Source: a virus | DNA: 64,000 nucleotides | Direction: 5' to 3' (one strand) | Virus record (IMG/VR): IMGVR_UViG_3300033463_000105 | Coordinates: 3,627 to 67,626 of that record | Shown here: positions 11,101 to 20,200 of the stretch, piece after piece | How the letters are laid out: each line of letters begins with the position of its first letter | Numbering within the stretch: the stretch's first letter is position 1 | Notes under the pieces: generated by a model | The model's database searches: none | The model's input: the letters and a program-made list of their open reading frames with translations, nothing else | Told to the model about the DNA's origin: nothing | Translations under genes and position numbers: made by a program

Positions 11101-13766
11101 TTTCCAATCGGCAGCGCATCAATAGCATCCTTAAGAGCCCTATATTTATCTAATAAATCATTAATATCGCTTACTAGCCCTTGATTTGCCCCAGACTCAG
11201 ACATAATTTTTCCAGTAATGCTATCAAAATGAATGTCATCAGTTCTTGACGCCAATATAGCGAGACTATTGGTCAGCTCCTTAATAACATAATTTGCTTC
11301 CTGGTATGTTCTTACCTGTTCTTGCTTAGCATTTGACTCCGCGACAACCGTATCATGTTTAACAATTGCGTTATCTAATCTCTGTATTGCTTCTGTTTGC
11401 TCGTCGAAAATCATTGCACGCAGAGTTGGGTCTCCCTGAGTTCCCTCAATATAATTACCCTGGTCGTCAGCAAGCTTCGCCTGTAATCCTTCGTATGCTT
11501 CTGTTGCGTTATTTAAAGAAGTCGCCAAAGCATCAAACTTTCCGCTCTCGCTATAGAACTTATTATTATAAGTTCCCATAGTGATGTCGTTTTCTGTTGT
11601 GGCTACAAGTTGCAACACATCATAATACTGCTTTATTATAGCCGCGGCTTCTTTAAAATGCTCAGCCCGTCTCTTTTCTTCATCAGACATGTTTGCGGCA
11701 TTATTATACGACTGCGTCGCTGCCGTTAGTCTTAACATGCTATTGGTTTCATAATCGATTAACTTCGCCAGGTTTGTACCAGATAATTTCGACTTAATCT
11801 CGTCAAGTTTCTGGTATGCATCATATGCCCTTTGTGCTCTTTCAGCTAAACCAGAGAAGCTTCCTGATTCGCTTTCGAATTTGCCAAAGTCTTTTTCACT
11901 TACATCATTTTCTGTTGTCCTGACTTCTCTGAGAACGGAAACATATTCGCTAATTATACCTTTTGCTTGATTATAGAGCTCGTTCTGCCGCTTAATGTAT
12001 TCAGAAGTTTCTCCTATGGTTGCTGTTTGTTTGCTTACAAGCTTCCATCCTTCGGCCCGTGCCGCGTTTTCCTCTTCCTCTGTTTTGGCTAACTTTAATT
12101 TTTCAGCGATGTTGTCTTGCGTTGCCTTTGAATTATCTCTAATGAGAGAAGTTGTTCTTGTAATTTTCTCTCCGCTCGAGCCAATAGCGTTTGTTGTAAC
12201 CTCAATTGCTTGCGTCCCTTCTTTTGCACTTTCTTTTACAGACGCAGTTATTGTAGTTATCGACCCCTCAAGGTTGCCAAGGTCGTCAGCTATTCTCCCA
12301 GCCAATGTCTGGTCAATTCCCTGAGCGGACAACAAACCTCTTATAGTATTAATGCGATCTTCGCCAAAAGATGTCTTTAGGATTTCGCCATTTAATTCAA
12401 TTATTTTATCCTTTAAAAGCGATACCTTTTCTCCTGCAGCTTCAATTCCAGAACTGTTAATTTTAATTTCGCCATTAGCACCAGAGAACGCAAGCTGTTT
12501 TGTTTCATTTAGTATTCTTAGAGCCTCTATTAGATTCGCAATAGCCTCCATTGAGCCCTTGCTAACCCTGATGTTGTTAAATGGTGTAAAATCTACAGAG
12601 GCAACTGCTTCAAGTTTTGCAGCATCTGCATCCGCGATTTTAGGAAGGTAGGTGGCAAGATTGTTGAGAGATGTCTTCTTAATTGATAACCCTTCAAGAC
12701 TCTTTAAACCAGTGAAGTCAAATTTTAACGGCGTACCATTTAAACGCAACGCCGCTGCAGATATGTCTCCCATAAACTGCACAACACTGTTTAGCTGTTT
12801 CTTTGAAAAATCAACACGACCAGCATAAGCCAAAGCATTGAGAGCAGAAGCTAGCGCTTCGATTTTCCCAGTATCTACATCCTGTGATACGGAAACTATC
12901 TCCGCTGCTAAATTATGTGTAGCAGTCGCCGCTTCGTTCGACTTCTCAGCTGACTGCGCAACGGCTTCCGTGTACTCTTTTATTGGTTCGGTATCTAATT
13001 TTTCTGTTTGACCATTGGCGACAACTTTGACGCCTTCAGTCTTTATAGTATCTAGTTTGCTCTGTACGTCTTCTAGCTGTTCACTGACGTGAGCTAGATC
13101 TGATATTATTTTTGTGATAGCAGATGTATCTACGTTCCCGCCTTCAGACATCTCGCTTATCAGAGAACCATATTCGTTTTTAATCGTATAGATTGCTTCG
13201 TTGACAGTCATCTCTCCATTACTAATCTTGCTTGTCAACTCTTCAATTTTTGCCCCAACGTCAGAAAGAAAGCTGGTGTAGCCGGTTCCCCACGAGTCGC
13301 CCCCAGAAGATAATAGATGCATCGTCTGCATTGCTGCCCTAAAATCTTGCACGGATTTTTGGTACATTTCGTTTGCAGTTGCTACCTGTTCCTGCAACTT
13401 ACTTGTGTACTCATCGTCACCAAGCTCGGCTAGCTCATTGCGTAGCCTTGCAATAGTATTTGCCTGAGAATCAATTTTATTCTGAGCTTCTTGGAGTTGA
13501 GAAACTAATTTTTCGTTTTTAATGGTAAGAAGCTCAAGATCTTTGGATAGAGCCTCTACAGCGGCGGCAAATTTTTCAATCTCGTCAACCTCACCCATCT
13601 TGGTTACAATCTGATTGAGTTTTTTAAACATTGCGCCTAATTCTCCGCCAAGTTCTATGGACTCCTCCATTGCTTTATTTCCAGATGTATCGCCAGCTTT
13701 TGAGTTATACACGCCATCGATTTCAAAATTAAACTTAGAGCTAGACATCAACTCACCACCCTTCAT
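5115..13766 (-). CDS. Tape measure protein (TP901-type core; SH3-like C-terminal region)
   Basis: 2883 aa, coiled-coil and Ala-rich. Core motifs LDSAFAQLKIIT and VGTALKTVSARIRG; C-terminal HPYNIDGLGWV. Confidence 0.9.
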   Translation of the reverse strand: MKGGELMSSSKFNFEIDGVYNSKAGDTSGNKAMEESIELGGELGAMFKKLNQIVTKMGEVDEIEKFAAAVEALSKDLELLTIKNEKLVSQLQEAQNKIDSQANTIARLRNELAELGDDEYTSKLQEQVATANEMYQKSVQDFRAAMQTMHLLSSGGDSWGTGYTSFLSDVGAKIEELTSKISNGEMTVNEAIYTIKNEYGSLISEMSEGGNVDTSAITKIISDLAHVSEQLEDVQSKLDTIKTEGVKVVANGQTEKLDTEPIKEYTEAVAQSAEKSNEAATATHNLAAEIVSVSQDVDTGKIEALASALNALAYAGRVDFSKKQLNSVVQFMGDISAAALRLNGTPLKFDFTGLKSLEGLSIKKTSLNNLATYLPKIADADAAKLEAVASVDFTPFNNIRVSKGSMEAIANLIEALRILNETKQLAFSGANGEIKINSSGIEAAGEKVSLLKDKIIELNGEILKTSFGEDRINTIRGLLSAQGIDQTLAGRIADDLGNLEGSITTITASVKESAKEGTQAIEVTTNAIGSSGEKITRTTSLIRDNSKATQDNIAEKLKLAKTEEEENAARAEGWKLVSKQTATIGETSEYIKRQNELYNQAKGIISEYVSVLREVRTTENDVSEKDFGKFESESGSFSGLAERAQRAYDAYQKLDEIKSKLSGTNLAKLIDYETNSMLRLTAATQSYNNAANMSDEEKRRAEHFKEAAAIIKQYYDVLQLVATTENDITMGTYNNKFYSESGKFDALATSLNNATEAYEGLQAKLADDQGNYIEGTQGDPTLRAMIFDEQTEAIQRLDNAIVKHDTVVAESNAKQEQVRTYQEANYVIKELTNSLAILASRTDDIHFDSITGKIMSESGANQGLVSDINDLLDKYRALKDAIDALPIGKREQLYRQEESGLNRVKRAQEVFAENQRMLYERQNDVARIEMNYQKTLGKIESALIRNTKAKNSNNESSRQAYATLEQEKASLEQNHAAVQRNEATYADLDKTVKQSNATFLEQMNIMRRNGDVGMSMAQRIGALAKKFSYWFSSMRIIMTIIRGIKQMVTSVKELDSAFAQLKIITNATDTEMQKFADTAFEISKNLGQSVADVTKSIETFSRLGYSLPDASKLAEFATILANVAAVSNEEATTGLTAIIKGYSLNVEDAEHISDVLVNVGQKYAVSASEMMEAYEKSGAALAATNTSFEKSAGLIAAANAAVQNSSVVGTALKTVSARIRGSKTDMEELGEDAEDLADGFSKYAKEIKALTGFNIMVEGTTDQFKDIYDIFNGISKVWDKLSDTQQARVSEILGGTRQLQVISSIINNWSDAADAYATAMDSAGVATKANSIYMDTIQARLNQLKVAFSELAQNIIGSDFIKWVVSIGAGLLKILNGVGKLISKLGGLKTILFSIGTIVATMKIESIISAIKKLRALQFIADMRAALQLTKNTATGVTRLSGAFELLEISVNWSKVAFLGLAAAIGAVVLAYSKLVKKEQEERSAFETSFQEKSEVAKEAQSLYDAYEAYVLVNSEVEAGIKGKEDLTEASENLAEALGKEKSAAEGLSDSYLHMTRTQLQSAIVDAGMARDAAAQVLSSMMSDHDNKTAANKLTVLEYLPDVFAEMGESGRKVLDRDLWNNVDLADRMKWLTSAYDQMLTRKKQLFLAHKTETEEYKRLVSATDWLKESIDNYNSSLETETDLQEKLNNVTNGLISKDSEEAISAGHLYVSEEKIKEISETVVKSIEDIKSAEDLLKTAEKEMLEGGLSQSTIKSISEATDDYINYLYEENGLVKLNTEAWKEYIEQKRSGVIDGIDKEIDRLEDEDSAYKKIIRTVKQLGDEYNSLVNGNVDYNKRPYVTSNAMASAGWEEFMQMFTAPFAVDKNQMIATTYTQGVTIGEGDYKYVVDITPIMEDGTVLSPEALDEYIGRLVTNNGVEGLLESDEYKLVVNVQQGEYDESYWGPLEEKLSEIKNEHYELADSIGLVSEENASMCAEAIDDLQEYENQLSRLENYKSIFESAFNQSYHAQRLDGFNSLNDTITGITSSFQTLADIQEQVADSFTMSIDKALEFAKVYPEILDGATAAANGEITLNKDVVNAFIDGKKAQLDATVDSQIAQLQAEREGLSAKQELAKAEYQLVYDKTQNELELSWEEIDRRIKYADQLLENEIKNDGNIAEAYEEALRVMSMDTQSFDEVTREAAKNMAVNLGNAAKTAADTVAINSSAMMSSIRNVGLQANNTSRAIGTLANNVRNAVSGIVSGATSTITQFAVTYGSLGGSAFKWMNSSFNPTDYGYYANKGAGATRLSELQNKINEIGQAMSAIDGQIAVLEALRAKNLEDFRSSNKNKSGSGGGGGSGSKEDEVDYLKEQQDAFKEYLKNIEHEIEVRSHFDNETKNIANLYTNLIQEVEKEISIARELGLNDTDDYIQELQKKWISYTENLKKLQDEVRDNAKDAVDDLVEIRVKMLKQEISDRKDALDKQLDMLKDFYDKQKDLLQDQYDEEKYLEEQAEKRREVTKIQEELNRLEYDNSAWAQKRKLELAQELADAQKELDDFEKDHALEVAQDELDRLYEMQEKELQDELDLLDEKEKDSKALYDQALEDIKNGSIDLYNEMIKWNEVYGDGIEDTIKDAWEEAYKALEEYKTLYDETFNGVNLANATGYTPENGPYNNSKIAGSGSGSAGSSSSSSSSSSSSSSSAATPAEEKKSTPAAPALEVGSTVSVKSGTKWYANSYGGGRSGTAKGGKIKYINLNGTHPYNIDGLGWVKKTDIVGYAAGTRSAIPGIHSVDERGDEYVFQSSDGSRYRLFNGGEKVLTSRATNFLYDFANNGQQILQKLMNAVSGGGLGAIRHIQNNVQLATGDIIINGNADKATVSEIRRAQRESIEMVLKEFNRLNK

Positions 13767-13776
13767 TTTTTACTAA

Positions 13777-14550
13777 TCATTGAAATTTTTCTAAAATAGA
13801 GTTTACTCCTCTTATTATTTCTTTTCTCGTAAAATCAGCTAAATATTCATCGCATACATCATCTCTGATGGCGTTAAATATAGGCATCATTCTCTCGTCT
13901 TCCGCTTTATCAAGTAAATCAGCATAATAAGTATACGGACTTTTTCCATTGTGGGTATCTGCAAAATTCGGAGCAGGTTCTTCGTACCATGCGCCCCACC
14001 TGTGAAGCACACCGTTAGGTGTTACTCCCTTCTTTCTCCAGTAAGCAGCCCTGCCTGGTGCTGGGTGCTCCCACCAATCTTCTGCCGCTTCGCCACTAAT
14101 TGTCATAGCGCCGCCATGCCATCCGCCCACAAACATCTGGTTAAAGAAAAATCCACCAGCATTACTTCCGCTTCTAGTGACCGTCATAGCATTTTTAGGG
14201 TCTAATAAGTCTGCCGCGGAGTCATATTGTAAACTACCGTATTGATTTAACTCCTGCTCTAATTCGTATTTCCATCCAGAATACAGGGTGCCCGTATGTG
14301 TTCCATACGACCTTCTCCTGTATTTTTGTGGACTATAGTCCGCATAGAACGCATCTACAGCCTTATCAAATTGTTCGCGAGCAATGCGCCTCTGTTCAGG
14401 AAGAAATCTTTGATGGACAGTCTTTTTTATTTTTGGAGCTTCATTCTGCGCTTTTACAATAATGTTCTGCGCAATTGATGCCAATCCTTCCTTGATTATC
14501 CTTGTCGTCTTGACGTATTCTTGCAGTTTATCCAGTCCAGTAACTTCCAT
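13777..14550 (-). CDS. Hypothetical tail-module protein
   Basis: 257-aa ORF translationally coupled within the tail operon. Confidence 0.55.
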   Translation of the reverse strand: MEVTGLDKLQEYVKTTRIIKEGLASIAQNIIVKAQNEAPKIKKTVHQRFLPEQRRIAREQFDKAVDAFYADYSPQKYRRRSYGTHTGTLYSGWKYELEQELNQYGSLQYDSAADLLDPKNAMTVTRSGSNAGGFFFNQMFVGGWHGGAMTISGEAAEDWWEHPAPGRAAYWRKKGVTPNGVLHRWGAWYEEPAPNFADTHNGKSPYTYYADLLDKAEDERMMPIFNAIRDDVCDEYLADFTRKEIIRGVNSILEKFQ

Positions 14551-14946
14551 TTATACATCACCACATTCGCTATATATCATTCTCTCAGCGGATCGTCTGA
14601 TTGCATTCAATTGCGCGCTATTCACATTTTCGCATATAAAATCATACAAATCAGAAGAGTACATCAAATAATATAAATCCTCTAATTCTTCCGGAAGCGA
14701 AACATACGCATACGCATTGACAATGTTTACTCTAAATGAAAAATCCAACAACTCTATGGACACACTGCCGTCGTCCCTCTGACAACTGTTAATAATGCTC
14801 ATAACAGTATCAACATATTCCTCCATTGTAAGAAGCTTTTTAATTGAAATACTGCAGTTGTGCCATCTTAAAACCCTGATATGTTTATCTTGTTCACCGG
14901 CGGCATGCATTAATTCTGCCGGAGATAGAGATCTAGGTTCGCCCAT
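14551..14946 (-). CDS. Putative tail assembly chaperone-like protein
   Basis: Resembles the upstream 196-aa ORF (W...I.I.K/R; I..AY..V.LP; LYD.I..NVN.AQ). Confidence 0.45.
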   Translation of the reverse strand: MGEPRSLSPAELMHAAGEQDKHIRVLRWHNCSISIKKLLTMEEYVDTVMSIINSCQRDDGSVSIELLDFSFRVNIVNAYAYVSLPEELEDLYYLMYSSDLYDFICENVNSAQLNAIRRSAERMIYSECGDV

Positions 14947-14990
14947 ATCATTCGCGCAACGTTGCGCACGCCACCCCTTTCTATTTTTAA

Positions 14991-15581
14991 TTATTCTTTA
15001 TATGTATCTAAATACGCCTTTACTACTTTATCCTCGTCAAGCGCACCATTATTCACAGCGCTGATCAACTTCTTTAAATCATCAGAGCCAACTCCGGAAA
15101 GAACGTCGGACAGTCCGCTGTCTAAATTTTCCAGGTAGCTATGGATATCGGACATCTCTTTGCTGATGGCAGAAGTCTTGGAATCAACAGCCGCCTTGAC
15201 CATTTCAATGGTGGCGCTGATAATATCGTCAATCTGTGCTCCGTTCACGTTGGCAAGAATCTTATCGTACAGTCCGTCCGCATATGCAAACGCGTATATT
15301 TTCTCAGGGTTAGACGGCATGGTAATATTTGTATACGCCTCAATGATTCCAGCCCTAAGAGCAGGCCACAGAACGTACGGCATGTACGAAGAATCCTCGT
15401 TTGCAAAACATGCCGCAGCCGCGTTCTCAATAAGGACAACAGCTTCATTAAACGGAATCATTCTTGTAACTTCTATCTCAAGACCGCACCATTCAATAGT
15501 TGTTACCCTGGCGATGTTCTCACTAATAGCTTTATCCATAGCGGTGATAGAAACCTTTTTTGTTTTAGTAGCCATAATCAA
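14991..15581 (-). CDS. Putative tail assembly chaperone
   Basis: Helical acidic protein between the major tail and TMP genes. Confidence 0.5.
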   Translation of the reverse strand: MIMATKTKKVSITAMDKAISENIARVTTIEWCGLEIEVTRMIPFNEAVVLIENAAAACFANEDSSYMPYVLWPALRAGIIEAYTNITMPSNPEKIYAFAYADGLYDKILANVNGAQIDDIISATIEMVKAAVDSKTSAISKEMSDIHSYLENLDSGLSDVLSGVGSDDLKKLISAVNNGALDEDKVVKAYLDTYKE

Positions 15582-15588
15582 ATCTCCT

Positions 15589-16050
15589 TTATTTCATTAG
15601 TGTAATGAGTAGTTCAGTGCGAGGATTGTCTGTATCAACATCGCACTCAAGAATCAATTTAGTTACATGCAGGCTGTCATCATCAACAATCATTCCACTC
15701 TCAACCAGTCCGTCCAAAATGAACTTCGGCGTACTATTGTCGACATCATGCCTGCGATGATTTGGATAATATATCTTCTGACTTATTTCACATTTTTCAA
15801 TGTGCAGGTTAGAATAACCTTGTTCTTCAACGAACCATTTAATAAAGTCCTTCCATTTTTGTTTCAACGCGTTCATCATTGCGCGCTTCATTACCATCCA
15901 CTGATTGATAGATTCATGATACGGATTTTTGATTGGTTTATTCTTTGCGCGTGTATGTATTGAAAAATAATATTCTGCGTATTTGTCAATCACTTCATTA
16001 TCTATCGTCATAGTAATGGCATGTTCATTTGGCATCTGACCACCACCCAT
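15589..16050 (-). CDS. RusA-like Holliday junction resolvase
   Basis: Motif RRHDVDN..PKFILDGL...GMIVDDDS..V. Confidence 0.75.
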   Translation of the reverse strand: MGGGQMPNEHAITMTIDNEVIDKYAEYYFSIHTRAKNKPIKNPYHESINQWMVMKRAMMNALKQKWKDFIKWFVEEQGYSNLHIEKCEISQKIYYPNHRRHDVDNSTPKFILDGLVESGMIVDDDSLHVTKLILECDVDTDNPRTELLITLMK

Positions 16051-16057
16051 GATTAGT

Positions 16058-16090
16058 AAAAATAAGGAGACAGCTCACGCTGTCTCCTTA
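16058..16090 (-). terminator. Intrinsic terminator
   Basis: 12-bp stem TAAGGAGACAGC/GCTGTCTCCTTA followed by a T-run on the minus strand. Confidence 0.65.
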
Positions 16091-16390
16091 TTAGTCTTTT
16101 TCTTCAGACTCACTGTTTTCAATTACATCATTAATCTGCTTCTGCGGACGTGCCGTCTTCTTAGACTTCTGAGATTCAGGTTTCTTTTCTGCGTCAGATT
16201 TGTTAAGAACCTGATAGTCAACATTTGCCTTTGCGCCACTGTTGCCAAGAACTTCGGCAAAATACTGAGCACCATGCTCTGGGCAGCACGCAATATCCTG
16301 CCACCTATTAATACCATCCCATGTCTTAACGGAATGGCAGTACTCATACTCTTTTCCGCACACCCTGCAGATTCTAGTGCCTTTCGCCAT
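16091..16390 (-). CDS. Small Zn-finger protein
   Basis: CRVCG...YC and CCPEH motifs. Confidence 0.6.
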   Translation of the reverse strand: MAKGTRICRVCGKEYEYCHSVKTWDGINRWQDIACCPEHGAQYFAEVLGNSGAKANVDYQVLNKSDAEKKPESQKSKKTARPQKQINDVIENSESEEKD

Positions 16391-16414
16391 AACGGCCTCC
16401 TTCGTCTCAATAAT

Positions 16415-16443
16415 ACGGAGGAGGGTGTCTTACCCTCCTCCGT
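16415..16443 (-). terminator. Hairpin downstream of the major tail gene
   Basis: 12-bp stem ACGGAGGAGGGT/ACCCTCCTCCGT. Confidence 0.55.
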
Positions 16444-16510
16444 TAAAAGTCCCAGACGTGGTCCGCGTCGATGAGAGGCGTGCTGGGCTCTGTTCTATTA
16501 TCCTATCCGA

Positions 16511-17314
16511 TTAGGAAACGGGAGTGTCAGCGGTGTTGGCACCAAAGATGGTGTAAGTCCACAGAGCGCCGCCAGCTCCGCAAGCGCCAGCCAGACCCTC
16601 GGCCTCGAAGGAGTGAATGGTCTGGTTGTCGCCCATATCGAAGGTGAACTCGCCGGAGAAGTCAGCCTTGGGGATGTAGAACTGCACGCGATACACGTTG
16701 GCGCAGCGGTCCTCGCCCAGAGCGTCGATATACAGAGAGCACTTCTTGGAGTACTTGTCGCTCTCGTTGGCAAGCACGTCGGCGGTGATGTGTCTCTTGT
16801 AGAACACAACGACCTCAGTACCGGCAGCGACGTCGGTATGGAACTGCAGTTTCTTGGTGTTGGCGGTATACGAGAACTTGCCAGCGGCAGCGGTGGTATC
16901 CTGCGTCAGCTCGGTGCCGAGCGTACCATCAGTGTTCTTGATGTAGCACTCGATAATTTCAGAACCAGCAGTGCCGATAGCCTTGTAAGACGTGGTGGCG
17001 GCGTTGGTGTTGTCGACCGTCAGATAATCAGTCCACATGACGTCGGTAGCCTTGTTGGCAAACGTGCCGCCCGTCTGCATCTCGAGCAGACCAGCGGAGA
17101 CCATACCATTCTCGCCACTGACCGTAACGGTCTTATTACGCTTCATGCTGGACAGTTTACGACCCTGCTTACCGGTGATCTCGGCGGTCTCCTGGCCGTT
17201 CGCGAGGGAAGCGCTCTGGAGCTCATCAATGGTAAACAGGTAATTACCAGTCGTGATATCAAACGCAGAAATGGTTTCAAGACTCGTAATTACAATATCC
17301 TGAACATTAATCAT
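16511..17314 (-). CDS. Major tail (tube) protein
   Basis: Synteny, beta-rich sequence and strong high-expression codon bias. Confidence 0.75.
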   Translation of the reverse strand: MINVQDIVITSLETISAFDITTGNYLFTIDELQSASLANGQETAEITGKQGRKLSSMKRNKTVTVSGENGMVSAGLLEMQTGGTFANKATDVMWTDYLTVDNTNAATTSYKAIGTAGSEIIECYIKNTDGTLGTELTQDTTAAAGKFSYTANTKKLQFHTDVAAGTEVVVFYKRHITADVLANESDKYSKKCSLYIDALGEDRCANVYRVQFYIPKADFSGEFTFDMGDNQTIHSFEAEGLAGACGAGGALWTYTIFGANTADTPVS

Positions 17315-17335
17315 TACTATCTTCCTCCTTATTTA

Positions 17336-18049
17336 TTATTGAACAAGCCAGTTTAGATCATCCCGGCTAAGTTCTTTGGTGCTTACCGTTCCGGCATACA
17401 CACCAATCATTCGGTTGTCGTATGCAACCTTTCTCATAATCTGTTTAACACATTCATTGAACTGGTATATTGATAAATCCAACGTACTGTTGAAATCATA
17501 TTTATACTGTTCTGTGCAAACCATAGATATAATCAATGGCTCGAGCTGAGATTTCTTCGCCTTGTTTTTATTTCGCTTCATTTTCGCCCGAGCACGTTCA
17601 AGCATATAGCTCTTAGCCTGCGCATTAGCAGGCTTCCTATTGTCTTTTTCAATGCCGTGTATGTTTCTTAAAATGGTAGAAATCTTGTCGTATATAGCTT
17701 TATCGATAATAATATCGTGTTGTCTATCCAACATTATCAACTTACCATTTTCTTCATTGATTGCCATCTCAAACTTGCTTAAATCAAGATCGCCAAATAT
17801 AAGAGACGTGTCCTGATCTTTTAGTCCCTGAAACAATAGCAAGAATAATTCATACGCATCTATTGTCGTAAAGTCAATGCCGATGTCGTCCAGTTGACAC
17901 ATCATATCGATCGGCATAGCGGTCAGACAACTTACCATCGCGTAATAACCGTCCTCGTCTTTTAAAATATCACGAACCGACGGAATAATTATTTTAACAT
18001 TGTCGTTAATAGGGATTTCGGCTTTATAAAGAAGATTAACAGTAGACAA
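17336..18049 (-). CDS. Virion morphogenesis protein
   Basis: Conserved-looking LDLSIYQF...YAG motif; synteny. Confidence 0.55.
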   Translation of the reverse strand: MSTVNLLYKAEIPINDNVKIIIPSVRDILKDEDGYYAMVSCLTAMPIDMMCQLDDIGIDFTTIDAYELFLLLFQGLKDQDTSLIFGDLDLSKFEMAINEENGKLIMLDRQHDIIIDKAIYDKISTILRNIHGIEKDNRKPANAQAKSYMLERARAKMKRNKNKAKKSQLEPLIISMVCTEQYKYDFNSTLDLSIYQFNECVKQIMRKVAYDNRMIGVYAGTVSTKELSRDDLNWLVQ

Positions 18050-18559
18050 TCATACGCCAGCTTTCCTGTTAGACGGAATTATTTTTCCGGTCGGATGTGC
18101 CCTGTTAAAGTCTGAAGCAATGAATGTCATTACCTTTCCCTGAAAGTCCGTCATTGGAGCAAATCTCTTGACAGAATATATGTTCAACTCACCAAGACCA
18201 TACATCCTGCTCCCGTTAATCAGCCTGCAAACTGCGGAGCACAAAGCATCAATACGTACGCCGCCCTCCGGCAATCTCATTTCTGTTTTGTGAGTAAAAA
18301 CCCACACATGAATAACAGGGGAGAGAAACGTCTTGCTATCAACAGACTGAATATCAACATCTATACATACGAAAGTCTTTCCATCCTCGACGGTCTCCGG
18401 AAGATACTCATACGGAAATACTCTGGAATACGCGAGCGCTTTCGCATTCTCCATATCTATCGAGTCTTCTATAAGATGTACAACTTCCTCGTCGGTAAGG
18501 ATATCCTCCATGATTTGATTCTTGTAATCGTAAAATTCCTGTAAATACATTACAACCAA
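18050..18559 (-). CDS. Putative tail completion/terminator protein
   Basis: VFPYEY.P...RID motif; lies upstream of the tail tube gene. Confidence 0.55.
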   Translation of the reverse strand: MVVMYLQEFYDYKNQIMEDILTDEEVVHLIEDSIDMENAKALAYSRVFPYEYLPETVEDGKTFVCIDVDIQSVDSKTFLSPVIHVWVFTHKTEMRLPEGGVRIDALCSAVCRLINGSRMYGLGELNIYSVKRFAPMTDFQGKVMTFIASDFNRAHPTGKIIPSNRKAGV

Positions 18560-19386
18560 ACCTTCCTTCCGGTATCCTCATCAATGTTGTGTTCTGGATC
18601 AATAAGCTCGTCTGTAGACGTATTGATGTTCTTACTTCCGGGCGGTCTGTCATAATACTTATAATAGTCCGCCACTCTAATTTCTGGATTATCATCGTCT
18701 GTCATTACGACTTCTTGTAAGACAAACTTATATACACCGTCTTCTCCGTATGTAGCTCCGAGCTTCAGCGGCTTTGTCAGAGAGTATGCCATCATATGCT
18801 CTGTGAAAGTAGGCTCATCAACAAGGAACCTGCAGTCTCTCCTCATAATAGATGTATGCGCGTTTCTTGGTAACGTGATTGAAATTCTCGAGTCGCCGCG
18901 AGTTGTTACAAAATAACGATCCTCATATTCACCGGTCAGATACTTTGTGCCATCCTCAACAATACACCACTCCTCAAACATCTCTCCGTTATCATCAATC
19001 CATCTGAGCAGGTAATTGCACTGTTGCATTACACACTTCGTGTATAGCTCAGTATTGTAGTCCTTTTCGATAATCAACCAATACTGATCCATCCAAAAAA
19101 CAATATCTCCGTGTCTTAGCGTCTCACCCGGAAGCGATATAATCGTCTTCTTGTCTAGGTTGTCAGTGTTTATAATGGCAACATTTTGGTCTGATATTTC
19201 ACACGGGCAATACTTCCTGTCGATACCCGGCATTAGCTGTCGGCTATCGATAATGGATGCCGTATGATAAGAGAGGCTCTCCGGAATGTGCCTGTTCAGA
19301 TACCTCTGTTCTCTTATCTTGGTAGACTCTCGTCTAGTTGTTCCTCTAACGGCAGCCCTCGCCATATAAGAATCCCATGCGCTCAT
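18550..19386 (-). CDS. Putative head-tail joining protein
   Basis: GDIVFW...WLI...CNY.L.W pattern; synteny. Confidence 0.55.
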   Translation of the reverse strand: MSAWDSYMARAAVRGTTRRESTKIREQRYLNRHIPESLSYHTASIIDSRQLMPGIDRKYCPCEISDQNVAIINTDNLDKKTIISLPGETLRHGDIVFWMDQYWLIIEKDYNTELYTKCVMQQCNYLLRWIDDNGEMFEEWCIVEDGTKYLTGEYEDRYFVTTRGDSRISITLPRNAHTSIMRRDCRFLVDEPTFTEHMMAYSLTKPLKLGATYGEDGVYKFVLQEVVMTDDDNPEIRVADYYKYYDRPPGSKNINTSTDELIDPEHNIDEDTGRKVWL

Positions 19387-19730
19387 TCCGACACCCCCTT
19401 GCTCTTTCCGTACAGTGACTTCATCTTATTGCAGATAGAAATCGCGTGAAAAACCTCTCGTCTGACATCAGGAACTGAACATTCCGGATAGTCAATCAGA
19501 TACTGCAGGATACTTACCAGTGAAAGAATTCTGGAATCGTTGTTCAATACTATTATCAGATTCTTACAACCGAGGAGTTCAACCTGAAGCGTGCGCAGAT
19601 ATACGTCCAGCGTCTCCTCTTCCTTCTCTTTCATCGGAAGTATTTTAAAAAAGAGATTCACAAGATTACTGAAATACTTATTCAGAATCTCGTCAGTTAT
19701 CTCCACCCCTGCAACGGTCTCTATAATCAT
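19383..19730 (-). CDS. Hypothetical virion-module protein
   Basis: Coupled ORF containing FKILPM.E. Confidence 0.55.
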   Translation of the reverse strand: MIIETVAGVEITDEILNKYFSNLVNLFFKILPMKEKEEETLDVYLRTLQVELLGCKNLIIVLNNDSRILSLVSILQYLIDYPECSVPDVRREVFHAISICNKMKSLYGKSKGVSE

Positions 19731-20194
19731 ATATGGAGTACCGTAAGGTCTCCGTGATTATAGCTATACTCTCTAACCATCTGAGTATAGTCTTTCTGCG
19801 CCTGTCTGTACGCATTCCCGACGCGAAGCAGAAGCTCCGCAGGAGAATACGTCGTGAAGTCCCTCGTGTTTAAAACATTCTGAAGGTTCTCCTGTTGATA
19901 TACAAAAGGCTTCATCCACTGGACTACCATACCCTCAGAAATAATATCAACGATTTCATCAACATCTTCGTCCGCCATGTCAATATCAAACTCGCGTGTG
20001 GCATCATCAGCCGTTGACGTCAGGTCGTACTGACAAACATTCTTAAATGCTGATATGGCGCGTTTCATATAGCCATCGACTATCTCAGACGGGTCACCAT
20101 CTGAAAGATTTGTGAGCATGTTGGCGAAGTCATACTCCGTAATCTTGGATAAGAAAGCGCCAGTAAAAATATCGTATGAGAGGCCCATGGCCAC
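19727..20194 (-). CDS. Putative head-tail adaptor
   Basis: FLSKIT.Y and DF..YSPA motifs; synteny. Confidence 0.55.
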   Translation of the reverse strand: MAMGLSYDIFTGAFLSKITEYDFANMLTNLSDGDPSEIVDGYMKRAISAFKNVCQYDLTSTADDATREFDIDMADEDVDEIVDIISEGMVVQWMKPFVYQQENLQNVLNTRDFTTYSPAELLLRVGNAYRQAQKDYTQMVREYSYNHGDLTVLHI

Positions 20195-20200
20195 GCCTCC

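Noticed and set aside
14551-15581. Programmed frameshift between tail chaperones
   Set aside because: No convincing slippery site; the two ORFs look like separate paralogs.
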